Virus record (IMG/VR): IMGVR_UViG_3300050343_000275
Length of the DNA: 64,000 nt
Direction: 5' to 3' (one strand)
Source: an uncultured virus (IMG/VR IMGVR_UViG_3300050343_000275)
Lineage: Duplodnaviria; Heunggongvirae; Uroviricota; Caudoviricetes
Below the pieces are notes generated by a model that saw only the letters and a list, made by a program, of their open reading frames with translations, was not told the origin of the DNA and did no database searches. The translations under genes were made by a program, and so were the position numbers. Of this stretch, positions 39,496 to 48,052 are shown piece after piece. Positions within the stretch are counted from its first letter, which is position 1. Each line of letters begins with the position of its first letter.

Positions 39496-39755
39496 GTTGC
39501 TTGCGTATCGGCATCAATCTGGAACGTGGATGCATTGGCGCCTGGGCTAATTCGTCCAGACGTTGGTGCAACATTGTCTCCAGTGACTGAGTACGTATAA
39601 CCTGTGTTGTAATCTACCGACTTAATAAGTTCAGTAATTTTGGTTGTCGTCTCAGTGTGACTGTTCATTGAACCCTGAGTGAACGAGGGGACTACTGGCA
39701 CCGCCTTTACTTCATTAGCGGCAAGCGCAAATAAAGCGATGAATAGAAGAAACAT
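39324..39755 (-). CDS. Exported cyanophage-type protein (VPVVP)
   Basis: Signal peptide ending VKA, then VPVVPSFTQGSM. Confidence 0.75.
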   Translation of the reverse strand: MFLLFIALFALAANEVKAVPVVPSFTQGSMNSHTETTTKITELIKSVDYNTGYTYSVTGDNVAPTSGRISPGANASTFQIDADTQATWTQADMAGKPDWKIVSPGGSFQFVEHYTAPGLSNVTLIDRTIETQSVTDTVSIFQR

Positions 39756-39764
39756 GACGTCTAT

Positions 39765-40277
39765 TCATCGGATGGTGATTTCACTGACGTGCTGCCCAGT
39801 GATAGAAGTGCCTGCTCCCCCTGGAGTCAAGGTCATAGCCCCGTCTGTACCGATGGTCCCGGCTAGATTCCCTGCCACACCGCCAGCTGTTGTTGTCGTT
39901 ACGCCGTAGACCGGAAGAGTTCCGACAACACCTGATGAAACAGAGCTACCGGCATGACGCGCATCGCCTTCGATATACGTCTCGGCAAAGTTAAAGCTTT
40001 CTCCTGCATCTTTTACCGAAGCGGTTGTCCCAGTAAATCCAACACCAGCGCCAGAGGTGAGTGTGCCCAATCTCCCAATGTTGCCAGCAGTTGTTCCATC
40101 GGTCGTGGTCAAGTTCGAACCGCTGACTGAATAGGAGCTTCCAATCCTGGTCGCCGCAGATGCAGCAGCGTCAACAGACATTTGGACCGATGTCTGGATG
40201 CGGTGAGTAATGTCAGCCTGGACTGGTGTAGCGGCAGCAAAAGTAACTGCGGCTAAAGCAAGAAATACCTTTTTCAT
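39765..40277 (-). CDS. Exported cyanophage-type protein (ADITH)
   Basis: Signal peptide MKKVFLALAA...VQA; Gly/Thr-rich body. Confidence 0.75.
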   Translation of the reverse strand: MKKVFLALAAVTFAAATPVQADITHRIQTSVQMSVDAAASAATRIGSSYSVSGSNLTTTDGTTAGNIGRLGTLTSGAGVGFTGTTASVKDAGESFNFAETYIEGDARHAGSSVSSGVVGTLPVYGVTTTTAGGVAGNLAGTIGTDGAMTLTPGGAGTSITGQHVSEITIR

Positions 40278-40561
40278 TTTGCAGGACCTTCAATCTTGGG
40301 AGTTTCGGTTTGTTTCTCTTCTTTTTTCTTGGACGGCATCACACCAAATGTCGCCAAAGTTCCCGTAAATACTGAGGCGATAAAAGTCGGATCGATGTTC
40401 TTTTGTGGGATCCCAGGAACGGTCACATAGTTCAGAGTCAGGATCGCTGCTGACCAGCCCAGGATGATGACCCGTACAAGGACAGATACTCCCTCGTCGG
40501 CCCATTCAAATTTATTTTCTTTTGCCTTTGGTTTGGGTTTAACCGTTTGTTCGATGGACAT
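40274..40561 (-). CDS. Two-TM membrane protein
   Basis: IDPTFIASVFTGTLATFG. Confidence 0.7.
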   Translation of the reverse strand: MSIEQTVKPKPKAKENKFEWADEGVSVLVRVIILGWSAAILTLNYVTVPGIPQKNIDPTFIASVFTGTLATFGVMPSKKKEEKQTETPKIEGPAK

Positions 40562-40644
40562 TTTGAAGCGGCGAAGTGGCGACAAGTTACGCCATGAAGC
40601 CGCCCGGAGTTATAAGCTCCAGGCAGTCCTCCTTCCCCTCATGT

Positions 40645-40788
40645 CTACTTCTTTTTTGGGAAAGCAGATTTGAGCCCAGACAGGACAAGTTGCACAACGC
40701 TATTGCTGTTGAGCTTCTTGTTCATGCCGATGATTTCGCTTGCAGCTGCCACGATGATGGCAATTAAAGCGAGGGTTTCGCTAGACAT
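40645..40788 (-). CDS. Small holin-like membrane protein (47 aa, not in ORF track)
   Basis: MSSETLALIAIIVAAASEIIGM...NSVVQLVL...PKKK. Confidence 0.55.
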   Translation of the reverse strand: MSSETLALIAIIVAAASEIIGMNKKLNSNSVVQLVLSGLKSAFPKKK

Positions 40789-40822
40789 GGGGTGTAACTT
40801 GCTGAGCCAAGTCTAAGTAGTT

Positions 40823-40996
40823 TTAGTCAGTCAACCCTGGCTTAATATCTTCTTCGAAGGGTATGCAAAAGCGTTCGTAAAAATCACTAATGAATTCGAC
40901 TAAACCCATTGGTGTCCTGTTCAGCGGAGTCAAATAGTTTTCCAGCCACCACTTCTTGTAGAAGTCGTCAATCTCTTGGGGGGTGGGCTTTGCCAT
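40823..40996 (-). CDS. Hypothetical protein (57 aa, not in ORF track)
   Basis: MAKPTPQEIDDFYKKWWLENY... Confidence 0.55.
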   Translation of the reverse strand: MAKPTPQEIDDFYKKWWLENYLTPLNRTPMGLVEFISDFYERFCIPFEEDIKPGLTD

Positions 40997-41027
40997 GCAC
41001 GAGCTGAATCTGCCCGTATTATGGCGA

Positions 41028-41046
41028 GTCTTGCATTACGCAAGAC
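41028..41046. promoter_or_regulatory. Inverted repeat between divergent genes (candidate operator)
   Basis: GTCTTGC-N5-GCAAGAC. Confidence 0.35.
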
Positions 41047-41086
41047 GGTTTCTTGCTGAGTGACTAGGCTTGCGAAAAGCGAGGCC

Positions 41087-41278
41087 ATGATGCACGACGT
41101 TCAACTTGACCGAAACCGAGCAGCGCACATACAACATCTCTATGAATTGTATGGAAGGAAGGATGCAGCGATTGGTTTGCGCAATACATACACCGGTCTT
41201 TATAAGGCCCACTGTCTTTTGATTGGTGAAGATGCTGCTGAGAAAGAAGTTCGTGACTGGCATCTCCGCAATGCTTGA
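41087..41278 (+). CDS. Hypothetical protein
   Basis: LYELYGR...YTGLY motif. Confidence 0.6.
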   Translation: MMHDVQLDRNRAAHIQHLYELYGRKDAAIGLRNTYTGLYKAHCLLIGEDAAEKEVRDWHLRNA

Positions 41279-41489
41279 TCGAGTACGTCGCCTGATCTCT
41301 AGTCCCATGCAGCAGGTCAGTGCTGTGGTAGCGACTAGAGATTTTCTGCTAAGGATTACAGACACCAAAGAAAGCCCTCGTGTTCCTGGTGAAGTACGCC
41401 GGGAAGCCAGAGCATTGCTTCGGCATTTCCCTATCGCATCCGAGCTAAGGCCAGTCCTGGAAAAGGGTCTTGGTGTAAAAAAGTCTTAG
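41271..41489 (+). CDS. BPSL0761-like small protein
   Basis: TRDFL...PRVPGEVRREARALLRHFP. Confidence 0.6.
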   Translation: MLDRVRRLISSPMQQVSAVVATRDFLLRITDTKESPRVPGEVRREARALLRHFPIASELRPVLEKGLGVKKS

Positions 41490-41519
41490 AATCTAATTAT
41501 TATTAGTCACGCTGTATAA

Positions 41520-42035
41520 ATGTCACTCGTTGATCAGTTTGATACTCGTGACTTTGTTAATGGTCGTCTCGTTGGCGGCAACTACAACGAGATGACCGGC
41601 AATATGACCTACTCCGATATCTCTCCATACGGTGCGAATCGTATGGCTGGTAGTGGTTTAGGCCTTGGGAATGATGTCGTCGCATATATGGGTAATGCCG
41701 GAATGGGCGGTCCAAGGGATGAGGGCATGGATGATTTTATTGGTCGAGCCGTGACTGGTGTTATCAGCGATCTTCTGCTTCGCCCTGAAGATAAAGCCGA
41801 ATCACGCACGATGGAATATCGTCCTGAGCGTGATGGCTTTGAGGTCGAGCAGCTTGGCGCTGTCTCTGACGATTTAGCACAAAGCTTTGATGTCACACCT
41901 GGCGGCGATACTCGCAGAAGCCGTAAAGGATTGACCCCAGGAGATGTACGACGATTAATGGAGGCATACCCCAATGACGCTGAAAAGATTCAGAAGATGT
42001 ATCTGCCCGGTGCTCAGCTACCTAAGCGTGTGTAG
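41520..42035 (+). CDS. Hypothetical protein (contains RMAGS)
   Basis: TAGAAT at 41487-41492; 171 aa. Confidence 0.7.
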   Translation: MSLVDQFDTRDFVNGRLVGGNYNEMTGNMTYSDISPYGANRMAGSGLGLGNDVVAYMGNAGMGGPRDEGMDDFIGRAVTGVISDLLLRPEDKAESRTMEYRPERDGFEVEQLGAVSDDLAQSFDVTPGGDTRRSRKGLTPGDVRRLMEAYPNDAEKIQKMYLPGAQLPKRV

Positions 42036-42502
42036 TGAAAGCAATGGATAATCGATACGGGAATAGAACAATCAAAGATATTAAAGCGTTGCAAACTAGG
42101 CTGGCGCAGCTTTCTCTACAGTCGCAAGCAGCGCAATATCAGAGAAGTAATCCTGGAGCATCTTTCGAAGACGCACTACGAGCTTTAAAGGCTCAGGAAT
42201 ACGAGAATGATTTACTGCGCCGTGCCGCAAGCGAGCAAGCAGTTGCTGACCGCATGGACCAACAAGGCCAAGTGCGTGATTTAGAGCGGGGGCTTGAGAC
42301 GTCTATGGGGCAAAACGAGATATTATCCGCTCAGCTTTCTGATGAACAGAAGAAGAATATTGCCCTGATTGCGAATGCAGAAAGAACGCCAAACATCAGT
42401 CAGAAGCGTAGGGCTGGTGAATTAGTCGCAGCGATACTTGCTGGTGCAGGAGTCTTAGAATTGGTAGATCCTGACCCCGAGCCTGAGCAGGTGCGCTACT
42501 AG
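42035..42502 (+). CDS. Coiled-coil protein with hydrophobic C-terminal segment (RRAGE)
   Basis: 155 aa, coupled ORF. Confidence 0.65.
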   Translation: MKAMDNRYGNRTIKDIKALQTRLAQLSLQSQAAQYQRSNPGASFEDALRALKAQEYENDLLRRAASEQAVADRMDQQGQVRDLERGLETSMGQNEILSAQLSDEQKKNIALIANAERTPNISQKRRAGELVAAILAGAGVLELVDPDPEPEQVRY

Positions 42503-42505
42503 TTT

Positions 42506-43438
42506 ATGGAAAGAACTGCTGGCTCAAGGCTAATTAATTTCGCTATGCATAATCCTCTCGGTGAGGAGATTGCTGAAGGAACCCTTGGAGGGTTGCTGGC
42601 TGGCGGTGGCATGCTTGCCAGTGATCAGTCGATTGAGCAAACGGCTCTTCAAACAGCAGCTGCAATTGCTGGTGGTATTGGAATGGGTATGTTGGGACGT
42701 CGTATTGGCGCTGGTATCGGTAAGAGGGTAAATCCAGGAGCATTGAAACAGCAAGATTCCCTGCTTGCAAACTTTGGACGAATGGCAGGTTCAGAGACAA
42801 CTGCTTCAGGACTTAGAGATCAAGGTGTGATTATGAAAAATGTTGTTCAAGAGGGGTTGGTAAAGCAAACTTCTTCTGAACTCATGCGTGAAGCTATCGA
42901 GAACCCTGTTGCTTTTGCTAACTCGTATGGTATCGATCCAAAAGCATTTATTGAATTAGCTCCGAAGGTTAGCCAAGGCCGTATGGTTGCGACGGGTCTT
43001 GAAGCGGTAAAGAATTTGCCGCCGGATGCTATGAAGCGTTTCGTGGATGAGAATCCTGGAATTCAAAAAGTTCTTGCTAATTATGAAAATGTTGAAAATT
43101 TAATAACTAAAAAAGCTGCAGGTAGTATTGATGAGACTATTGTTGCGGTTGCTGATGGGCTCGAGAATATGCCAAAAAATATTGATGATCAGGAGATTTT
43201 AGAGCGACTTACGGAACTCAACGATGGCAGGTCACCCGCAGAAAGCGTTCGCTCTTTATTAAATCCCACTACGCCTGTTTCCGGCGAACAAGTTGGTAGA
43301 GCTTTTGGCCGAGTGTTTGGTGACGAAGTTGGAATTCTTGGTGGCCTAGCCGCTGGTGGAGTTGCCGCAGAAATGATGGGTCTTGAAAGCCAGAAAGACC
43401 GTCGAATTCGCGAACTGGAGGAGCAAATCAATGGCTGA
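42506..43438 (+). CDS. Putative ejection protein (RTAGS, RMAGS)
   Basis: Gly-zipper-like hydrophobic helices near both ends. Confidence 0.65.
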   Translation: MERTAGSRLINFAMHNPLGEEIAEGTLGGLLAGGGMLASDQSIEQTALQTAAAIAGGIGMGMLGRRIGAGIGKRVNPGALKQQDSLLANFGRMAGSETTASGLRDQGVIMKNVVQEGLVKQTSSELMREAIENPVAFANSYGIDPKAFIELAPKVSQGRMVATGLEAVKNLPPDAMKRFVDENPGIQKVLANYENVENLITKKAAGSIDETIVAVADGLENMPKNIDDQEILERLTELNDGRSPAESVRSLLNPTTPVSGEQVGRAFGRVFGDEVGILGGLAAGGVAAEMMGLESQKDRRIRELEEQING

Positions 43439-43658
43439 AGGCACCGCTAAGAAAAAGAATCCCGAGCTTTGGGCAAAAGCAAAAGCAAAGGCCCAGAAGA
43501 AAATGGGTGGTCATTCCGCTCGTGCGATGCAGCTTGCGACTAAGTACTACAAGGATGCTGGCGGTAAGTATGAAGGGAAGAAATCTTCAAGCAATAAATT
43601 AAGTAAGTGGTCTAAAGAAGATTGGCAGACTAAGGAGGAGTACGAGAAAAACAAATGA
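43431..43658 (+). CDS. Basic protein resembling the N-half of DUF5872-like proteins
   Basis: PELW...SARAMQLA..YKDAGGKY...LSKWSKEDWQT. Confidence 0.65.
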   Translation: MAEGTAKKKNPELWAKAKAKAQKKMGGHSARAMQLATKYYKDAGGKYEGKKSSSNKLSKWSKEDWQTKEEYEKNK

Positions 43659-44182
43659 CTATTCGTAAAGCTGGCGACAATCTGAGTTCAGCTCTTTATT
43701 CCGCAGGATTTGGCACGATGGGTGCAATTGCAGCAAATGCAGTAGCCCATGACGACATGGATTACATGGCGGATGATCTGAGGCACCTCAATCTTGGGTT
43801 TGATGCGATGAGTTCTGATGCTCAGGATGCTTACATCGAAATCACAGCCAAGAACAAACTGTCCGGCTTAGACAGAGCCCTTGTAAGCGCAGCTCTTCGA
43901 GGCGAGATCGGTCCACCTAAGGGCATTGGAACTGAAGGCGATAGGGCTGTTGCACAAGCAGCAGCGCTCAGGCAGCAAGCTCCTGAAATCGCGGCTGAAG
44001 TCGAGCAGTTGAACAAGATCGAGCTGGAGCTTATTGCCAAGGAAATTGATTTCGGCACAACACCGCAAGCTGTAATGGGCGCTCTTGAGTATGAGGGCGC
44101 TGGAGTCACTCCACACCCAGCTGTTGCGGGTGGTTTCGCAGCTGGTCTTGCAGGGGCATTGGCGGCAAGGCGGAGGTATTAA
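43655..44182 (+). CDS. Ala/Gly-rich protein (N-terminal RKAGD)
   Basis: Hydrophobic termini, ATGA-coupled. Confidence 0.65.
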   Translation: MTIRKAGDNLSSALYSAGFGTMGAIAANAVAHDDMDYMADDLRHLNLGFDAMSSDAQDAYIEITAKNKLSGLDRALVSAALRGEIGPPKGIGTEGDRAVAQAAALRQQAPEIAAEVEQLNKIELELIAKEIDFGTTPQAVMGALEYEGAGVTPHPAVAGGFAAGLAGALAARRRY

Positions 44183-44186
44183 AGAG

Positions 44187-44393
44187 ATGGCTGATAGAGC
44201 TCGCGAGAAAGGTCGTACAGAGCGTTACCTCCCTAAGGCTGCCTGGGCCTCGATGACCAAGGAAGAGCGCAAAGCGACTGATGACAAGAAGAAGCGTGAG
44301 TCAAAAGGCAAGCCAGTTAACCATCAGGTCAAGAACACCAAGGCAGCCGCCGAAGCTCGTCGACGCGCCACTGCGTACCGGAGTAAATCATGA
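44187..44393 (+). CDS. Basic protein resembling the C-half of DUF5872-like proteins
   Basis: TERYLPKAAW...ATDDKKKR...VKNT. Confidence 0.65.
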   Translation: MADRAREKGRTERYLPKAAWASMTKEERKATDDKKKRESKGKPVNHQVKNTKAAAEARRRATAYRSKS

Positions 44394-44677
44394 GCAAGAA
44401 GATCCGTTATGCCGGAGAAGTTTTTAGCGGCTACAACAAGCCGAAGAAAACTCCCGGTGAAAATAAGAAGTTTGCAGTCCTAGTCAAAGACAAGAACGGT
44501 AAGGACAAGATTGTTCGCTTCGGTGATCCAAAGATGGAGCACCATTCCGAGGGCGGCAAGAAAGGCTCAGGTCACGGTGATGCCGACCGCAGAAAGAATT
44601 TTAGAAGTCGCCACAGCTGCGATGAAAAGAAAGACAAGACGACGCCCGGTTATTGGTCCTGTAATTACTCCTGGTAA
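44390..44677 (+). CDS. Small basic phage protein (contains RYAGE)
   Basis: GYNKPK...VRFGD...RRKNFRSRHSC...YWSC. Confidence 0.75.
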   Translation: MSKKIRYAGEVFSGYNKPKKTPGENKKFAVLVKDKNGKDKIVRFGDPKMEHHSEGGKKGSGHGDADRRKNFRSRHSCDEKKDKTTPGYWSCNYSW

Positions 44678-44865
44678 TGGAATCTGAACCTGTTGCAAGC
44701 TTTTCCTATTGCATCAACAGTTTGAGACTTGAGTACAGCACGACATGTAAGGCGCTTGATCTATGGCCTGGAGGTGATCCGGCTGAGCAAGCATTTCTCC
44801 TGAAGAAAAAGGATCAGGTCTATCGCTGTTTGCTCGATTACAACTTGATGCATCTGGATTCTTGA
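44677..44865 (+). CDS. Hypothetical protein
   Basis: WPGGDPAEQ motif; TAATG-coupled. Confidence 0.6.
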   Translation: MESEPVASFSYCINSLRLEYSTTCKALDLWPGGDPAEQAFLLKKKDQVYRCLLDYNLMHLDS

Positions 44866-45058
44866 ATCCAGCGATTTGATTCAGCGGGGCTCAACGAAAT
44901 CGTTAGCGTTCTTCCTACGGGTTTTATTGAATGACCGCTAGCTACCGCGAGCTCGACGAGCTCATGAAGCGCTCTGCCCAGGAAGGCGCTCTGATGCCGA
45001 GGGAAGATCGAGAACGGTTGAGACAGTTGCTGCAGGAGTTGCTCCCGGATCGCTACTG

Positions 45059-45247
45059 ATGAGCATGTCTCTGGAGGACGCTTTGCATGTTTGTTACAAA
45101 GGCCAAACCAATGTCGCCCATGCAGCGAAGGACGTTGGGATGTCCCTTGCTGAGTTTCAGCAGGCATTCCGTGATTACGTGAAGAAAACCCCAGTTGACC
45201 CCGAGCACTGGAAGGGGGACGTTGTAATCAGCTGGCCTTGGATGTAG
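45059..45247 (+). CDS. Small HTH-like protein
   Basis: NVAHAAKDVGMSLAEF. Confidence 0.55.
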   Translation: MSMSLEDALHVCYKGQTNVAHAAKDVGMSLAEFQQAFRDYVKKTPVDPEHWKGDVVISWPWM

Positions 45248-45267
45248 TTATACCAGGCATTTCTGCG

Positions 45268-45315
45268 ATGTACTTGACCGGTGGCAGTGCCCACACTACG
45301 GTGATCGAAGTACAT
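45268..45315. other. Candidate attP for the large serine recombinase
   Basis: 48 bp; outer arms ATGTACTT/AAGTACAT and inner AGTG/CACT share one axis at CC 45291-45292. Confidence 0.6.
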
Positions 45316-47105
45316 TGCCGGTTTGGGACGTGGACAGGGATCTGGGCTTCAAGGCAGGCACGATCTGGTCTTTCGAGAGGGTCTCTCATATCATTCAGGC
45401 CAAAGGTGCTGGCCTCGCTCGGCAGGGATGTGACGCTCTTGACTGGTGCGATCGATATGGGCTTGAACTGGCTGACGAGCGAGCGCTAAGCGATCCAGGC
45501 AAGTCGGCATATCACGCCAAGCACATGCGGAAAGGAAGTCCACTGGACCGCTTTCTAGAGATGGCTGATCGGCGTTTGCTTGGTACTAACCCGGTACTTC
45601 TCATCGAAGCTGTCGATCGGGTATCTCGGATGAAGAGTCGCAAGGCGCTGGAAGGAGTCTTCCTAAGGCTCATCAACGCAGACGTCACGATCGTGACGAT
45701 AGAAGACAATAATTTTTACAACAAAGAGAAAATCGATGGGGATGGCGCAGCACTCATAATGCTGGTCCTGAAATGTCAAGCTGCTCATGAGTATTCGCTG
45801 CGGCTTGCGCGTCGACAGGAATACAACTGGGAAGAGGTTCGTAAACAATTAGCCAGTGGTGTTGTAAGCAGGAAGAAGCAGAACGCTCCTTGTTGGGTGA
45901 GCTGGGATGAGAAGCGTCAGCGTTGGGAGCTGAACGAAAAAGCGGTCGCTATCGCCAAGGCGATGGAACTGTTAAAGAATTACGGGTACTCGCAGACGGC
46001 AAAAGTTCTCAACGAAGAGGGCCACAAGCCGATGAAGGCATCTATGTGGACGGCTAGCAATCTCTCTTCAATGATCCGTGCGTCACACCAGATTTATGGA
46101 GCTGTAGCGATTAAGCCGAAAGGGGCTTGGAAGCCTCTTAAGCGGGGTCCTAACGGAGAGCTAAAGGATGGCAGTGGCAAGTACTACGACCCACGCGCTC
46201 AGCAAGGCGTTGTTCGTGGAGCTGCGCAAGAGCCAAAAGAAATCGTTGAGGGCGTATTCCCTCCTGTTCTTCCAAAGCGAGAAGTCGAAGAAGTTATTTC
46301 GATCATCGCCGCGAGGAATAGAACACAAAATCGTCCAGGCCCAAACACCAAGATGCACTGGATTGGGCGCGGCCTGACTCGTTGTGTGTGCGGCGGCTCG
46401 ATGTCCACGTGTGTCGGGGGACATCCACCGAATGCATTGATCAGATATATCGCATGTCGCTCACGAATGAACAGCGAAGTATGCCGTCGTCCCTACTTGC
46501 CGATGCGCGACATATTGGCCATTGTCTTGTCCCGAATAAACCTAAATTCTTTACTTCAATTAAGCGGTAATGGAAACGCAGAAGGAGAGGCGGTGAACCT
46601 GAGGTCCCAAGTAGACCGACTTGTACTTAAGAAAGAACAGGTCGTTACCGAACGTTTAAATATTCAAGAAAGTATTGGTCGTGCTGCTGAAATTGGAGGT
46701 CCAGCTTTTGACAGCATTTTCAGCACACTGCAGCATCGGATTGCAGACAAAGACCAAGAAGAGCGAAGTGTCGATATACAGCTGGCTGATATACGAGCCA
46801 AGCTGTCGAGGAACGAAAATCCATTAGCTCTTGAAGCAGTCGAGACAATTATTGAACCCCTGAAGTTTGATCTGATTAACGGAACTAGCTCTCAGGAGCA
46901 ACGTCATCAAGCCAATGCAGCTCTAAAGCAACTCGGCATTGGCATTCATATCGACAGCGAAGCATTGCTTCTTGGCCTTTCGATTGGCGAGGGGGAGATC
47001 GACTGGCAGCCGATCGACTTCAGTGCCGCTTATGAGCTGCTTGCAGAGGGCGGTCACTCTTTAACGACTGTGACGACCGAGGAAGGTGTGACCCTGACGG
47101 AATGA
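45315..47105 (+). CDS. int: Large serine recombinase (integrase)
   Basis: FERVS catalytic Ser, DPGKSA, DRVSR, recombinase domain, Zn ribbon CVCG...C..C, coiled coil. Confidence 0.9.
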   Translation: MPVWDVDRDLGFKAGTIWSFERVSHIIQAKGAGLARQGCDALDWCDRYGLELADERALSDPGKSAYHAKHMRKGSPLDRFLEMADRRLLGTNPVLLIEAVDRVSRMKSRKALEGVFLRLINADVTIVTIEDNNFYNKEKIDGDGAALIMLVLKCQAAHEYSLRLARRQEYNWEEVRKQLASGVVSRKKQNAPCWVSWDEKRQRWELNEKAVAIAKAMELLKNYGYSQTAKVLNEEGHKPMKASMWTASNLSSMIRASHQIYGAVAIKPKGAWKPLKRGPNGELKDGSGKYYDPRAQQGVVRGAAQEPKEIVEGVFPPVLPKREVEEVISIIAARNRTQNRPGPNTKMHWIGRGLTRCVCGGSMSTCVGGHPPNALIRYIACRSRMNSEVCRRPYLPMRDILAIVLSRINLNSLLQLSGNGNAEGEAVNLRSQVDRLVLKKEQVVTERLNIQESIGRAAEIGGPAFDSIFSTLQHRIADKDQEERSVDIQLADIRAKLSRNENPLALEAVETIIEPLKFDLINGTSSQEQRHQANAALKQLGIGIHIDSEALLLGLSIGEGEIDWQPIDFSAAYELLAEGGHSLTTVTTEEGVTLTE

Positions 47106-47295
47106 AGGTGGCGTCGGGGTGAGCATTCAGCACAGCATCGCGAATCTGGCGCTTGCAGCTACCTGAAGCGAAGCCGAAGCGTATCTTGCCGTTCTCGGTA
47201 AATGAGTACTTGAGCCCAGGACGGTCGCGGACCTTTTGCGCCTTGGCAAGGTAAAACTCTCGACGGAGCCGAGCAGCTGTTGCGTTATCGATCAT
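47020..47295 (-). CDS. Small basic protein convergent with the integrase
   Basis: ATG 47295; overlaps integrase 3' end. Confidence 0.45.
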   Translation of the reverse strand: MIDNATAARLRREFYLAKAQKVRDRPGLKYSFTENGKIRFGFASGSCKRQIRDAVLNAHPDATFIPSGSHLPRSSQSLKSDRPLQAAHKRH

Positions 47296-47403
47296 GCACA
47301 CTGTGCGACTTGTCTTGCAAGCTATCGGGTTTACCGTGCATGACAAGGATTTCATTGTGAACGATTATTACTAAAATTATGTAGACGTATTTTTACCTAC
47401 ACA

Positions 47404-47766
47404 GTGCTTAAGTCTATTTTTGCTCTGACCGGCGCATTCGCTCTCGCTGTCCCCGCCCAAGCTGGTGGCTTCTACGTGAACGGAGAGCGTAACGACGGAT
47501 TCGTTGGACAAGATCATTCCGGGGCGAGCACAGAGCTCCACATAGGTGCAGAAGGACAGATCGGCGAGATGGCCGTCTACGCCCAGGCTGGCCCCGCTTA
47601 CCTGACTCCTGCAGGAGGAGTGGACTCGGAGCTCGAGCTGAGCGGAAAAGTAGGGGGCAGCATTGGCGTCACCGAAAAGCTTTCTGCCTATTGGGAAGCA
47701 GCTTTCATCACTGGCGACGACTCGAACTCCTATGGCACCAAGCTCGGAGCCAAGTATTCGTTCTAG
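47404..47766 (+). CDS. Small outer-membrane beta-barrel (porin-like) protein
   Basis: Signal peptide, amphipathic strands, C-terminal KYSF; TAAAAT at 47372-47377. Confidence 0.8.
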   Translation: MLKSIFALTGAFALAVPAQAGGFYVNGERNDGFVGQDHSGASTELHIGAEGQIGEMAVYAQAGPAYLTPAGGVDSELELSGKVGGSIGVTEKLSAYWEAAFITGDDSNSYGTKLGAKYSF

Positions 47767-47780
47767 TAGTATTCAAAACG

Positions 47781-47815
47781 AAAGCCCTTCTGGCCGCCAC
47801 CAGAGGGGCTTTTTT
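47781..47815 (+). terminator. Rho-independent terminator
   Basis: AAAGCCCTTCTGG/CCAGAGGGGCTTT stem plus T run. Confidence 0.85.
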
Positions 47816-47829
47816 ATGCGAGAAGGCTC

Positions 47830-47858
47830 TTGCATAGCGCACGCTTAATCGCTATGCT
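47830..47858 (+). promoter_or_regulatory. Sigma70-type promoter overlapped by an inverted repeat
   Basis: TTGCAT-N17-TATGCT; GCATAGCG/CGCTATGC. Confidence 0.55.
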
Positions 47859-47864
47859 TTGGGA

Positions 47865-48000
47865 GCTCAGGGGGGTGGCGAAGCCTTTCGAGCCTCCAGG
47901 CGTGGCGTAGCCGTAAGGGCGCCAGGGTTTGATGGGACCCCGTATACCGCCTGGAAGAATTACAGACGAATATCCAGGCTAATCGAGCTTGGATATCAAG
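47865..48000 (+). ncRNA. Candidate structured RNA or long 5' leader
   Basis: Three-way junction 47895-47955 with GUAA tetraloop and G-U pairs; 11-bp stem 47970-47996. Confidence 0.4.
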
Positions 48001-48052
48001 ATTTTTGTTCACTAAAAAAGATATTTAGCGTTGGCTCAAGCTAGAGCAGCTT

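Noticed and set aside
22620..47815. Two terminators share CTGG..GCCACCAG near their loops
   Set aside because: Only two instances, partly forced by stem pairing
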